From: Eutreptiella sp. 'Long Island Sound 2002' | Taxonomy: Eukaryota > Protista > Euglenida | Direction of reading: 5' to 3' | DNA length: 64,000 bases | NCBI GenBank assembly: GCA_964036045.1 | Contig: OZ038378.1 | Coordinates: 42,780,001 to 42,844,000, forward strand | Position numbers and translations under genes: made by a program | The notes under the pieces: model-generated | The model's database searches: none | Seen by the model: the letters and a program-made list of their open reading frames with translations, nothing else | Told to the model about the DNA's origin: nothing | Part shown: one piece after another, positions 1 to 11,299 of the stretch | Layout of the letters: every line of letters starts with the position of its first letter | How positions within the stretch are numbered: the first letter of the stretch is position 1

Positions 1-1
1 G

Positions 2-778
2 CATAAAACCAAGCATTATAATTTCTTCAGACGGCTCCAAACATGATTTGGGGACATTGACCAATATACCCAACCGATGCAAAAGTTGTACCAAAAAACG
101 TGTGTGTTCCAGACATTCACGGTAAGTATTGCCAATGATGAGCCAATCGTCCAAGTAGACCCAAACGAGTGCTCCGCGTTCGCGCACGGCATTTAAAATT
201 GGTTGCATGAGGCGTTGCCATTCCCGTGGTGCAACGTTTAATCCAAACGGCAAATGGCACCACCTGTAAAATTCACCGTCGACGTAGACCCCCAAATAAG
301 GTCGATCCCGCGGATGGATACCCATGTGAAAATAAGCACTTTTCAGGTCAATTTTGCAAGCATACTGACCGGGTCTCAAGAACGGTAAAATGCCCCACAG
401 AGTGACCAAACGAAAATAGGTGGTCTGTACAAACTGGTTCACGTTCTTCAAATTGGTGATAGGTCGACGGCCTCCCTCAAGATGTGCCTCGTCTGACGCT
501 TTGTCCACTGCGAACATACTTGCACAACACTTAATGTCTTTTCGCTCGACGCGTTCCATGCAACCCTGTTGCACTGCATCCAACACGTGTTTTACCAATT
601 CAGGGTCGGTTACCTCTGCGTGGGAAGAACGAGGACGGAAGTCGTCGGTTGGCCGATCCGGATCAAAACCGTCAACCCAATCAAGCTGCAGCCCATTGCG
701 AATCACTGACGCCGCGTATGTGTCCTTCAACGTTTCCCATTCATGCAATTGTGCACGACAGCGCAAATAGAGTGGCAT
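2..778 (-). CDS. Reverse transcriptase, DIRS-like, 3'-partial (absent from ORF track because no stop in window)
   Basis: Manual translation from ATG 778 has no stop to the window edge: MPLYLRCRAQLHEWETLKDTYAASVIRNGLQLDW...GGRRPITNLKNVNQF...KIDLKSAYFH...WCHLPFGLNVAP...VWVYLDDWLIIG (YLDD at 146-157)...LGILVNVPKSCLEPSEEIIMLGF. Confidence 0.92.
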   Translation of the reverse strand, partial: MPLYLRCRAQLHEWETLKDTYAASVIRNGLQLDWVDGFDPDRPTDDFRPRSSHAEVTDPELVKHVLDAVQQGCMERVERKDIKCCASMFAVDKASDEAHLEGGRRPITNLKNVNQFVQTTYFRLVTLWGILPFLRPGQYACKIDLKSAYFHMGIHPRDRPYLGVYVDGEFYRWCHLPFGLNVAPREWQRLMQPILNAVRERGALVWVYLDDWLIIGNTYRECLEHTRFLVQLLHRLGILVNVPKSCLEPSEEIIMLGFM

Positions 779-839
779 GTGGGGATGGATCGGCGGTGGC
801 ACGCACACGGCTGGTGCCAATAAATCCTCTACAGTCAAG

Positions 840-1826
840 CTACTGCTGTGGTCGTTCATCTAACTTGTCGTTACGTGGCACAAATCTTTGGGTGAAACCC
901 TTACCTTTGCCTTTGCCTCCTTTGCCAGATCTCCGTGGATCAAAACGACCTCGTGTTGAAAACGAACGGAAAGAACTACGATGCGAGTAAGGGGAGAAAC
1001 GCGTGCCTCTCAGGTCTTTTTGTAACTTGTTGCGCGACTGAAGTAGTGACATGTCATCCTTCGAGAGTAACTCTGGTGCAATCGCAGGTTGTTCAAACCG
1101 TTTATCTACTGCCACTCGCCGGGAGCTTTGGATGCTGTAGTCCAACGCACCCAACATTGCAAACAAATGTTCACATAGTACCAATGAAACAGGTGCTTCC
1201 GGAGCTACCGTTGTGTCATCTTCGCGTGCTAAGACTACTCCCAGGACTCGCATGGTGTCTTTTACCTGTTGTTCCCAACGACGCTTCTCCGCGTCCGCTG
1301 GATGTTTGTGCGTTGGCGCGTTATTAACAGCTGCCCTATGGAACTCGTCGAACACTGGCAGGTGCTTCAACATCTTTTTTCTGCGAAACTCGTCTTGCAA
1401 AACCTTTCGCTCTTCCAGGAGTGCAGACAAGCGTGAAGGAAGCGACAGAACCTCATCGCGCCACACGAACGTGGACTCCTTGTCCGACGCGGGGCCAGCG
1501 TGGTCCTTGGGACCGCTCAAAGTTTCGCATGCCAAGAAGACGTCTTCGCGATGCGACGACGTTCCTGTTCTGCCAATGTCGTCGCCCTTTAAGGTGAGTA
1601 AGGCATCACGAACCAAGGCCATCGTGTCTTTGACAGTGGCCAGTGTTTTCTTTCCTGTAAGTCTGGAATACAGTGACGCTGCCTGCCAAGGACTGAGACC
1701 ACTCATCGCGCCTTCCTTTGCCAACTGTGCTGCATGTTCCAACGACTCAGAACTCAGGTTCCACGCCGAATCCGGCAATTTCAGCACAAACTCGTGAAAA
1801 TCCAGTGTCTCATTTCCTTCTGTCAT
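840..1826 (-). CDS. gag-like ORF1 of the DIRS-type element (328 aa)
   Basis: Intact ATG-to-stop ORF directly upstream of RT in the same orientation. Basic R/G/K-rich C-terminus (RFSPY...RGRFDPRRSGKGGKGKGKG). Confidence 0.7.
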   Translation of the reverse strand: MTEGNETLDFHEFVLKLPDSAWNLSSESLEHAAQLAKEGAMSGLSPWQAASLYSRLTGKKTLATVKDTMALVRDALLTLKGDDIGRTGTSSHREDVFLACETLSGPKDHAGPASDKESTFVWRDEVLSLPSRLSALLEERKVLQDEFRRKKMLKHLPVFDEFHRAAVNNAPTHKHPADAEKRRWEQQVKDTMRVLGVVLAREDDTTVAPEAPVSLVLCEHLFAMLGALDYSIQSSRRVAVDKRFEQPAIAPELLSKDDMSLLQSRNKLQKDLRGTRFSPYSHRSSFRSFSTRGRFDPRRSGKGGKGKGKGFTQRFVPRNDKLDERPQQ

Positions 1827-1989
1827 TTTGTTAAAATTTTATATCCTTAAAACATTTTGGATTGCATCAGAAATCAAAGCTCTGGGTACAGCAAATCACT
1901 AGTTGAACAACTCAGTGAGCGCGTGACCGGTTTTAAGAGGAGTTGGCCCATATATGGGGATTGTGTAGTGCTAGCTGAGCCAGCAAGCG

Positions 1990-2550
1990 CAAAAGGGCCA
2001 CAGACACCACACAAACAAAACATCGCGCGATGAACAAGCGCCAAGTGGCCGCGGACACCGCACACAGAATATGCCGGGCGCGCACACCGGTGAACAAGCA
2101 CCAAGTGGCCAAGGACACCGCACACACAATGCACCAAGCGTGCACAACGGTGATCAAGCGGCAAGGGCCCAAGGACAACGCACACATAACACACACGACG
2201 CGCGCACGGGTGCACAAGCCCACGTGGCCACGGACACCGCACGCAGAACACGCCTGGCGCGCACGGCGGTGAACAAGCGCCAAGTGGCCAAGAACACCAC
2301 ACACAACACACCGGGCGCAAGCATCGGTGAACAAGCGCCAAGAGGCGACGGACACCGCACACACAACACACCAAGCGCACACACCGGTGAACAAGGGCCA
2401 AGAGGCCAAGGATGCCGCACACACCACACACCGGGCGCGCAAACCGGTGAACAAGCCCCAAGAGGCCAACGACACCGCACACATCAAAAAAAGGGCGCGC
2501 ACACCGGTTAGCGAGCGCCAAGTGGCCATGGACACCGCACACAGGTGCGC
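1990..2550. repeat. Tandem minisatellite, about 60-bp unit, about 9 diverged copies
   Basis: Unit CAAGTGGCCAAGGACACCGCACACAC...CGGTGAACAAG recurs at about 60-nt spacing (2042, 2102, 2162, 2281, 2520). Confidence 0.92.
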
Positions 2551-3377
2551 ACCTAGGGCGGCCGAGGGACAGGAAACAACAAACCACACCTCTCGGGTCG
2601 GACACACTAAGGCGATCCAGCCAACCCACCGGGCTAGCAGCAGGGGCGGTACCCCAAGGCCGTTGGTCCGAGCTTGGCCAGGCTGCATCGAGGACCATGG
2701 CAAATGTCACCTGGAGCCATGGAAGCAACTGCTGACAGGCGTGCAGGTTAACGGTCCAGGAGGGGGTCGCCTGCCAAGCAGCAAGATCCCGCAACTCAAG
2801 CCACATGGATGAGTCGATCGTACCGTAGACTCGCGGGAGTAATACCCTCTGTGGTGAGAGATACTCAACACGGCTTGGCAGCCTCTCAGTGCTGCCGCCC
2901 AAAGGAGGGGACATGTGGCCCTACCCACAGACACATGCGGGGACACCCTCCTACCCCTGACACATGGACCGGGTGGCCGCGACAATGCCTTCCCAAGAAT
3001 GTGCGGGAGCGGCTAAAGGGGCACTTGAACTAGGGCAGTGGGAGGGACAGGACGTCTCCTTCGTAAGACCTTCTTCTTGCATTGTCAAAGGAGGCTTCCC
3101 GAGCTCCGGAAGATACCTACCTACCTACCTACTTGATTTATGGCTAGTTCTCATACGAAAACCAACATATAAGATTTAGTGACAATGATTCCTCTTACAA
3201 ATGCACTCAATATGGAAAACACCATACATGGACCATAGTTGACAGTCAACTTTCGAATTCTTTTTCCCACCCCTTCCTTCACTCCTGGCTCCCGAGGAGG
3301 AATGCCAACCTTTGTGCGTAGCTCTTCATTAGCAATGCCCCTAGTTCCTCAGGAGCAAAATACTTCACACAAAAACC

Positions 3378-3815
3378 GGTAGGTGGGGAATGGCCGCTCA
3401 TGAGAATCGCCGACCCTGCTCCTGAGGAGCCAGCACTTCAGGAGCACCGACCCTGGCTCCTCAGGAGCACCGACCCTAGTACCGCTCCTCAGGAGCATCG
3501 ACCCTGGTAAATGCTCCTCAGGAGCACCGACTCTGTACCATCTCTAGGGTCGGCGATTCTCGGAGCGGCAGTTGTCTTGTTAAGGATTTTGCTCCTAAGG
3601 AGCCAGGATCATTGCTCCTCAAGAGCTAGGGGCCTAGCCGCTCCTGAGAATGGCCGCCCTTGGAGCTCGTACAGGGTCGGTGCTCTTGAGGAGCATTTAT
3701 CAGGGTCGGTTGCTCCGGAGGAGCACTACTAGGGTCACTCCTCTTAACGAGCCAGGGTCGGTGCTGCTGAGGAGCAGAGGCGGTGTTTTTCAGGTGCGGC
3801 CATCTCCCCCCTACC
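3378..3815. mobile_element. Foldback/MITE-like element built from palindromic subrepeats
   Basis: Imperfect terminal inverted repeats GGTAGGTGGGGAATGGCCGC (3378) and GCGGCCATCTCCCCCCTACC (to 3815). The left arm of ACCGACCCTGG-GCTCCTCAGGAGC units is mirrored by CAGGGTCGGT/GCTC..GAGGAGC units on the right. No clear TSD. Confidence 0.7.
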
Positions 3816-4563
3816 ATTTTCGCTCATTCATTCTGTAGTGCATTGTGCCACCCACCGGCCTTTGCATTGCCGCAGTCTTAGTGTTTGACAGTCGTGGAGA
3901 TCAACTCTTGGGGAGCATTGCATCCCTTCCTACAATGTATGCTCATTTTTTTGCAGCCTGCCCACGCAGTACCAAGTTCCACGTTTCTAAAAACCTTTGT
4001 GCGAATCATTCTTTAGTGCACAAAGTCAAATTGTTCAGCCATTTCATCCATTTGTGCACTTTGATTGTTTTCTAACTGTCTTCAGAAAGTGGTCAATATG
4101 GGTGCTCCAAGCTGCAAACAAAGAGGGATGGAAATTCCGTATTTCTTGGGGCTCCGGTTGGTCATATCAGAAATTCAGGATTTCAATGTACAAGAAATTT
4201 TTCTTCGTAGTGTCATGCATTCCCTAGATGCAAAAGACAATGTGAATCGATGGTTTCTATTGAATGTTGCATGTAGGGGCAGGGTAAAGACGTGGGTGCA
4301 ATGTTAGCCATTATTTCATTTGATTGTAAAAATTGCTTTTTTTTTGGATCCCGAATTGGTTTCATTGGCGTCATGGGATTATTTTTTTCAGATTTGCAGT
4401 CGATTTGTTTTTTAAAGAACCATCTAAAATTTTCCTCACTTTTGACATTTCTTTACCTGTTTTGTATTAAATTTTACAAATTTTGTATTCTTTTTTAGAA
4501 ATTTTTTCCTTTTTGGTGCGTCTGAAAGAATACATTTTCGCATCTAAAAAAAATTTTCCCGGT

Positions 4564-4712
4564 GAAAATGCCATATCCTCAACGTGGAAGAAGCATCAAA
4601 ACCTGCTGTTAGACAACGATTCTGCCCTGAGTATCACAAAGTATAGGTTTCTATGTAGTCCAGTGGGTCGCCCAAACAGTCGCACTGCGCGCACACTGCG
4701 CTTGAGGTCCCC
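4564..4712 (+). repeat. Dispersed repeat, copy 1 (copy 2 at 20216-20360)
   Basis: Both copies share AAAATGCCATATCC...GTGGAAGAAGCATCAAAACCTGC...GAGTATCACA.AGTAT.GGTTT...CGCACTGCGC..ACACTGCGCT. Confidence 0.85.
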
Positions 4713-4792
4713 CCAAGGGCAGGGCTCAGAAGTACCCGGCTCCGGTGGCGGGTACTGTACCCACAAACGTACCCACAATGTACCCATGGCAA

Positions 4793-4950
4793 GGAAAAAT
4801 GGGGGAAAATGGGGGAAAATGGGGGGGAAATGGGGGAAAATGGGGGGAAGTAAGGAAACTTGGGTGCTGCAACCGGTCCCCTTTCCCCCCATTTCCTCCC
4901 CATTTCCTCCCCATTTTCCCCCATTTTTCCCCATATTCCCCCATTTTTCC
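4793..4950. repeat. Inverted (AAAATGGGGG)n / (CCCCATTTT)n arms with G4 or hairpin potential
   Basis: About five G-tract units at 4793-4850, a spacer, then complementary C-tract units at 4880-4950. Confidence 0.85.
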
Positions 4951-5351
4951 TCGGGAGCTTTCGCCAATGCGCCCCCCCCCACAGCCTTGTTGCCAACCTA
5001 AACCTTGATTTTTGGCCTTTTCAGCCCCTAAATTTCCCATTTTTCCACCACGCAATCTGAATTTCCCTCATTTACCTCCATTTTCACCCATTTTTCCTAC
5101 CTTGGCCCATTTCCCGGATAGTGTTCCGCTAAACGTACCCAAACTGGGTACTTCTGTGCCCTGCAAGGGTGCTCTTTGCTTCGGTGGACCAGGGTGTTCT
5201 AGGGGATGATGGTGATGGGCTGCGGATGTGGAACGTGGTGGAAAAGGGACACAATCATGGGTAATCATCCTGCCATTCTCCTCATACTAGATGCTCAAAA
5301 CGTTGCTGTCCATCTTGACTTCAACCCCTTACCCAAGCCTGTGCAAGACTG

Positions 5352-5380
5352 GTTGTTGTTGTTGCTGTTGTTGTCATTGC

Positions 5381-5463
<83 letters not shown>
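5352..5463. repeat. (TTG)n microsatellite, about 37 units
   Basis: Seen directly. It explains the poly-L, poly-N and poly-T ORFs in the track. Confidence 0.98.
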
Positions 5464-5464
<1 letters not shown>

Positions 5465-8400
5465 CTTTGATGCACCTACAACAAGTGCAACAACTCTGAA
5501 ATTTGTGCATGCATGCTGATAGGTGACATTGGTACCAGGGACAACCCAAAACAAATAAACAACATAGCTGCAGCAAATGGGCACAGCAAGCAGTTGCTTG
5601 GCGCTCCTAATCGGGTGCTACTGGACCCTATGGTCCCTTGACATACCCAAAGTTTGCACTGCACTCGCACCGCGCCAAGGGCACCCTTTCTAAAATGTGA
5701 GCAGCCCACAAGAACTGAAACTGGTCGATTAAATAAAATGCCAATGCTCCCAGAATCAGGTCATCCTTGGGCTCCCCTTCATTGAACCAGTGAAAGAGAG
5801 GTGGGCAGCCTGGTTGCCTGCCTGCTTGGTGGATACTCCACCCTGTCACTTGAAATATCCCACCCACTGGTTGCATACAAAAGACACACAACACCCAATG
5901 TCTGCCCTTACAGCAACAAAATGTGTCATGCACATGGCTTATTAGACCATGGGTTACCTGGTGGAAAGGAGATGAACCAGTCTGTGGAAGTTCTTAGTCA
6001 GAGGCAGGTATATACCAGCTGTCTGTTCTTTTTCCGGGGCAACTCTAGGCCCAGGTGAGCTGGTGAAGCCCTCTCACACACGACGAGTGCAAGGGAGACC
6101 TACGGGGAGCAACAACCCAGGTTGGGTGATGGAACCTTCGGTCTGCAGATGCTGTGCCACTACTGCCCCATGTTGTGCACCGAGGTGTTTTCATTTGCGC
6201 CAGGACCCCCTTGGCCTCTGTGATTTCTGAGTTTCAACCAGGTCACCCTAGGGCTGTGTCAAAGTGAGTGTCAAGGCGGTGTCTGTAGACCAGTGTGGGG
6301 GTGTGCATGGAGGGATGCATGCAAACAGCACAGGAGCGAGAGGGAAGGAACTTCACAGAAAAGGGGCAGGAATGCCCAAAAAGAAAGGCCCCATGACAGC
6401 AACAACCCAACAATGTAAGCCCGTGAAGAAGAAACAAAAGGGGAAGAAAGATGTACCAAAGGAAAACAGGAGACAAAGTACAAGGGAATGAGACACACAA
6501 GACGAGGTGTGGAAGGCCAAGGGGGTACAGGAAGACATTTCAGGGGTCAACCAGTCAGCACCTCAAGGTGCCCAGGTTCGCTTAGGATGTACAATGATTG
6601 CATTGCACATATAGAATTACAGGCAAGGTGGCGGAGATAGCCACACACCTGGAGGGTCCACAGCAACTCCCAGCAGCCCAGCGTATGCGAGAAAATGCAT
6701 ATGTACATGACACAAGTCCTCCCTCCCCTCACTTGCGCAGACAACTGTAAAAACAACGGACACGACGCCTCCTGTTGTTCTGACAAAGGCGGTGTTTACA
6801 CCATGACAAGACGCAAGCAGTGACACAACCAGTGCCCAATCCATGTCTGATAACCTGCACACCTGGACAATCAGACATGTGGCAACAAGTAGCAGGACAG
6901 TAATCAGCATCCCCAGAACACCATCCCCAACCCCAAATCACAGAAAAACTTCATCTTCATGGACATTCAGAAGACTGGAACCGCCAGATTCATTCAATGA
7001 TTCCAAACACCTGGTGTTGTCCTGACAACTGACAAGCATGATGTTCTGGGAGGGGGGGGGGGGGGGGGGCTGTAAGGGAAAACCACATTGAGGAGGGCAT
7101 TAGTCCATCAAAGTCCAGGACGCTGGTGTACCTGGGATCACCACAACGAGGAGGGACACCAGCATGCTCCAGGGTCAGATATACAGTCAGGAATACAGGC
7201 GGCCTGCTCATTGCCCAGCCGGTGGCATGAAACATGTAGCAGGGGGTGGGGGGTGGGGGGGGAGGAAGGGCAGCAACCTTGTAAGGCCAAGGAGTGCAGT
7301 GGTGGATCTGGGCTGTCCCACACCCTGGCCACTTTTATTATTCGGGTCCAAGATGCCCTTGCAAATGAGTTCCTCATGCGTCAGGAGGGCAGAGGTCTGA
7401 TCCGGTCAAGACGCTTGCACAGGGGGAAGCTGGTGTAACAGGGATTGCGGAATTAGGGAGCAGCTTACCTGGCACTCCAACCCCCTACACTACCCTCCAG
7501 AACACGGTTCGAGGGAGGGACCAGCATGCATGGAGGGCAACTGGTCCGGGTCAGGGTGCGCGTACAGGTCGCGGATGGCGCGGGATGTGCATAAATCAGT
7601 CTGGGGCGGCAAGGCTGACATTCAGAGTGGGGCCACTCCATCGCAAGTTACATCCACGAGTGACAGGCGCAATCATCATTCACACTGCATCAGTCCACGA
7701 GTGACAGGGGGGGGGGGGGGTCGCACTAAGGAGGTGACATTAAGGAGGTCTTCTGGTGGTCCAGCTGCCAGACTTAGAATGGCCGATGATTCCGCATGAT
7801 TCCGCGTGTGTACTGACCGTGGTACTGACACTGCTGACCAATGCTGGTGAAGACCAGAAGAAGCGCGCGCCTGCGTGTGTCATTTTCAGAGGGGGCGGTT
7901 GTCTATTAAGGTCCAGGACGCTGGTGCGCCTTGGGGTGAGTTGCAGACCGAAGGCAGGGTCTGAGCCCGCCTCTGCCCTCTCAGCTAGCCCCGAGAGGTG
8001 CGGCACGACAGAAGGACATACCAATTTAAGGGGGACTCGGGCCGGTTAAGGTACTGGACGCTAATGTGGGTGCCTCAATCGCACCGCGCACTGCACCGCG
8101 GAAGTAGACGTGTCACTTACTGGTGTACTGGACAACCTTGTCAGGCAGGCAGGGACACAGTGGCCTAAGAGGGTATTTGGTAAAGCTTAGTACCAGATGA
8201 GGTATAACTTAGTAAATAAAAAACATTAAAAATTTGAACGAAAATTTTTTGTTTACTAAGTTTTACCTCGTTCTTTTTTATGATGACACCAAACTCAGTT
8301 CACACCATTGGGCCATTGGTGTGTGTGGGCATCTAGCCCCAGACTATATGTACAGCATGAATTGGGACTAGCCGTCCCCCAAATCAGCTCCGCCCCAGCA

Positions 8401-8599
8401 GACAGGAGACCGTGTAAGCTAGATGGCGTCTCTGTGGGGGAGGGTCGCCGCACAGGAGAACCAGCGAGTTGCACCGCGCATGAATCCCCCCTTTCGTAAG
8501 AGCACACGCGCTCGCTCGCCATGCATGCCCTCGGGGGAGTGGGCACGTTTCCGGTTTAGGAGAAAGAGGCGGACAGCATCAGCGTTTGCACCCAAGTGG

Positions 8600-10500
8600 C
8601 ACTCTTTTTGGGACCAAGCATTGGTCAGCCAGTGGTCAGAGGTCGCAGTCCACCGGACGGCGTGGGTCGCCAAGTGCTTTTGGATGCTCAGAGAGACAGT
8701 TTGGGAGAAAAGAGCACACTTGTCCCCGCCCCCCCTAGTGTAGCTGTGACAGCACCAATCCCGCATCTTAGCGTCATATGCCCCCCAAAACTCCCAAGAA
8801 ACCTTGCGAAAGCACGCTAGGTACACCTCCTCTACCCCTTTGCAGGCCATGCGCAGCCACTGATTGTGTGCGCGCATGTAGTGTGCCACCATGGCCGCCC
8901 AATTCAATTACCTTTGGTGGGCCATCGCCGGATGGTGCAGGGTGCCCCCCCGATTGTTCGCACTTGCCGAGTGTAGACATCGTACAGCTACCCATGCAGA
9001 GACAAGGTGGGGAGGTACAAGTGAGTGTAGGAGTGGCATTGTAGGAGGGAGTTAGCAAACTGTTCTCTCATCACCAAGGAGGCAAGCACTATTGAGTGCC
9101 GAAACCAAAAGCAAATGCCTAGCATGGAAGCGCTCCACGTGCCAAGGACCCTCTGGAGCCACTGGGTAAGCCCGCGCGCACCCGTGGTGAGGCACCAGTG
9201 CGGCCGGACGTGGGCGGCTAGGTCCTGCCGGGGCAGTGTCCACATCCAGTGGGCGTGGGCTACCCCCTGCAGTGTGCACAGGGGCCCCGGGACGTGACTC
9301 CAGTTCGATGGAGGGGCAGGCCGGGGGGGGAGTAGACACGGAGGAAACACACTCTTGGACCTTTTGGCTCAATGGGGCCATGAGGCAACAGATACTGGGT
9401 TCGCATACGCCCCCGTGTCACAGGCGCATGGTCATCACCACTCAGTTCAGTGTTTTGCCTTGCTGCACTCAATGGCTCAATGGGGGGGGGGGGGAGGTGC
9501 GGCGACAGCCGCAGGAGCGCATTGGTGGTGGCCATGGTGAGGGCTTTCCCCGTCAATGTGTGTGCCCTGGCCTCCGGACTTAGTCCCACCCGTTTTGGTC
9601 CATGTCTGTGTTTCGCCTGCCGTTTGGGCTTAGAGTTCACCTGAGTGCGCAAGGTATCGTTGGTGGGATGTTGTTGGATTGCTTTCCGGCGCAGCAACGT
9701 GTACCCAACTGGCATGCTGGTCGTGGTCACTCTGCGTGCGCCCGGCGCCACCTAAGCCATGGGGAGGGATTGCCGGAGGATGATAGTGGCATTCATCATG
9801 TGATATTGGTGCCGCGCCACCCGGTACCGCAAATCTTTTTTTTGTGTTCCGGTGCCACATGAGTCCAGAGTTCGCACGTGAGCAATGAACAAAGCACACG
9901 CACTTAGGCAGTAGCCTAGCGTATGTACAACCGCCGAAACCATCACCACAGACTTCATGCAAGTCATGCGTGTCCACAAGTGGACATCTGTTGGGACAGG
10001 TAACGACACATGTCGGTTGTCATGCCAGTGCAGACGAGGTTTGCCACAAGTACCAGTGTCTCAGTCGATGAGCCTTGGACATCCCAAGGGTAGTACAAAA
10101 TACAATCATACGCGCAAGGGTGGCGCGGCTGGAGCCACGGTCACTTGGGGTCAACTCAGTCCGGTTGTGTTGCGCCAGCGGGTACCTGCATCATCGGGCA
10201 TTCGTCCTAGTAGGGAAAATCGTGGATTCTCACGGGCCGTGTGGCCACAACCTCAAACATAGTACACGGCCACCCCTGGCCCACACCCAGTGCCTGCAAA
10301 GAGCACCGTGGTCCCCTTGTCTGTTGTGGAGGCCACAAGGTCAGTCCAAAGAGGTGGCAGCGCTCTCCCTCACCACTACCAATCCCAAATGAGATTCACT
10401 CCACAAGGATAGGAGGCAGTGCCCTCCCTCACCGCTACCAATCCAACATGAGGAGTCCACACATCGTCATATTCATTCCACATGGTTGCAGTCGACCATC
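8600..10500 (-). mobile_element. Heavily decayed non-LTR retrotransposon with RT and C-terminal RLE-like region (CRE/R2-like organisation)
   Basis: Motif remnants across frames in the expected order: ALGVGQGWPCTMF (~10290), LLGRMPDD (~10195), C..FRHSIV (RH motif, ~9095), LYDV (~8980), KGVEEVYLAC..VSWEFWGAY..FSQTVSLSIQK (~8670-8850). Many stops and frameshifts. Confidence 0.5.
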
Positions 10501-10835
10501 CCGGCGTGCCGGCGCCCTCTGCTCACATTAACCCGCCCACCTTAGCTGAGCACGACTTGGCATGCACGAAGCTCAGGTCTCTGGTCCCTAATCTCTCGGC
10601 AGGGCGATCTGCGGCGACACTTTCCAAGGGGGAGACTGCCTAGCGTGCGGCAGCACACTTACTGCAATCGCGGGCATAAGGGCAGATCTGATCTGCCCTG
10701 TGTGCCCTTGGGCACCGATTTTGATACACCTTCAGAGGCTCGTGAGCGCTTCTGTGGATGTTCGTGGTGTGCGGATATCCTGGGTGAGGGCTCGGCGGTC
10801 ACACGGAACTTCTCCTTCGTGGGCATGCGCGTCGT

Positions 10836-11018
10836 TTTTGGGCGTGGAAATTGGCATCGGTTGCGGTGTGTCCTTCATGCCCAATTGTGGTTGTCGCAGC
10901 GTGGACACAACCAATCCTCAAGGGCCATGGTCACCGTTTTGGCCGCCTGACATGCGCGACACGTGGTCTGCCGGGCATAGCTGTAGTAGTTGCACCGTGT
11001 GCACCCCCGGTCCCCAGG
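10836..11018 (-). pseudogene. Two tandem RanBP2-type zinc fingers, decayed
   Basis: PGDRGCTRCNYYSYARQTTCRACQAAK...EDWLCPRCDNHNWA*RTHRNRCQFPRPK fits W-x-C-x2-C-x3-N-x6-C-x2-C twice, with a few substitutions and one TGA. Confidence 0.65.
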
Positions 11019-11299
11019 TGCGGTCGGGTGGGCTTTCCCTTTTTCGCCATGTCACGCGGTACCGCCAATCTTTCTTGAAAGGGGGCGGGGGGGGGGGGGG
11101 GGGGATGCCGTCAAGGAATGATTGCGGGACACACGGCTTGGAAATTTGCACCAGGTCCTCGGGGGACGCTGATGAAAGCCATTGCTGGGTTTAGTTGGCC
11201 CACGGCCCCCAGGTTCGCACCAATTCTCTGGGCTGCGTGAGGTGGCGAACATCTTGATCTTTGGATGTTGGGACAATGATGCTTCTAATGGATGGCAGT

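Larger units (their letters stand above)
1..1960 (-). mobile_element. DIRS-type (tyrosine-recombinase class) retrotransposon, 5' part; continues beyond left edge
   Basis: Uninterrupted gag-like ORF (840-1826) followed directly by a stop-free RT frame with DIRS-like motifs. The YR is not in the window, so the class call rests on RT motifs and layout. The 5' boundary is approximate. Confidence 0.8.

Noticed and set aside
1874-2914. Long ORFs over the 60-bp minisatellite
   Set aside because: An in-frame 60-bp repeat lacking stops explains them.
6800-8050. hAT-like transposase remnant (DPRY-like motif)
   Set aside because: Only one weak motif, duplicated locally (~7110 and ~7910); no dimerisation-domain signature.
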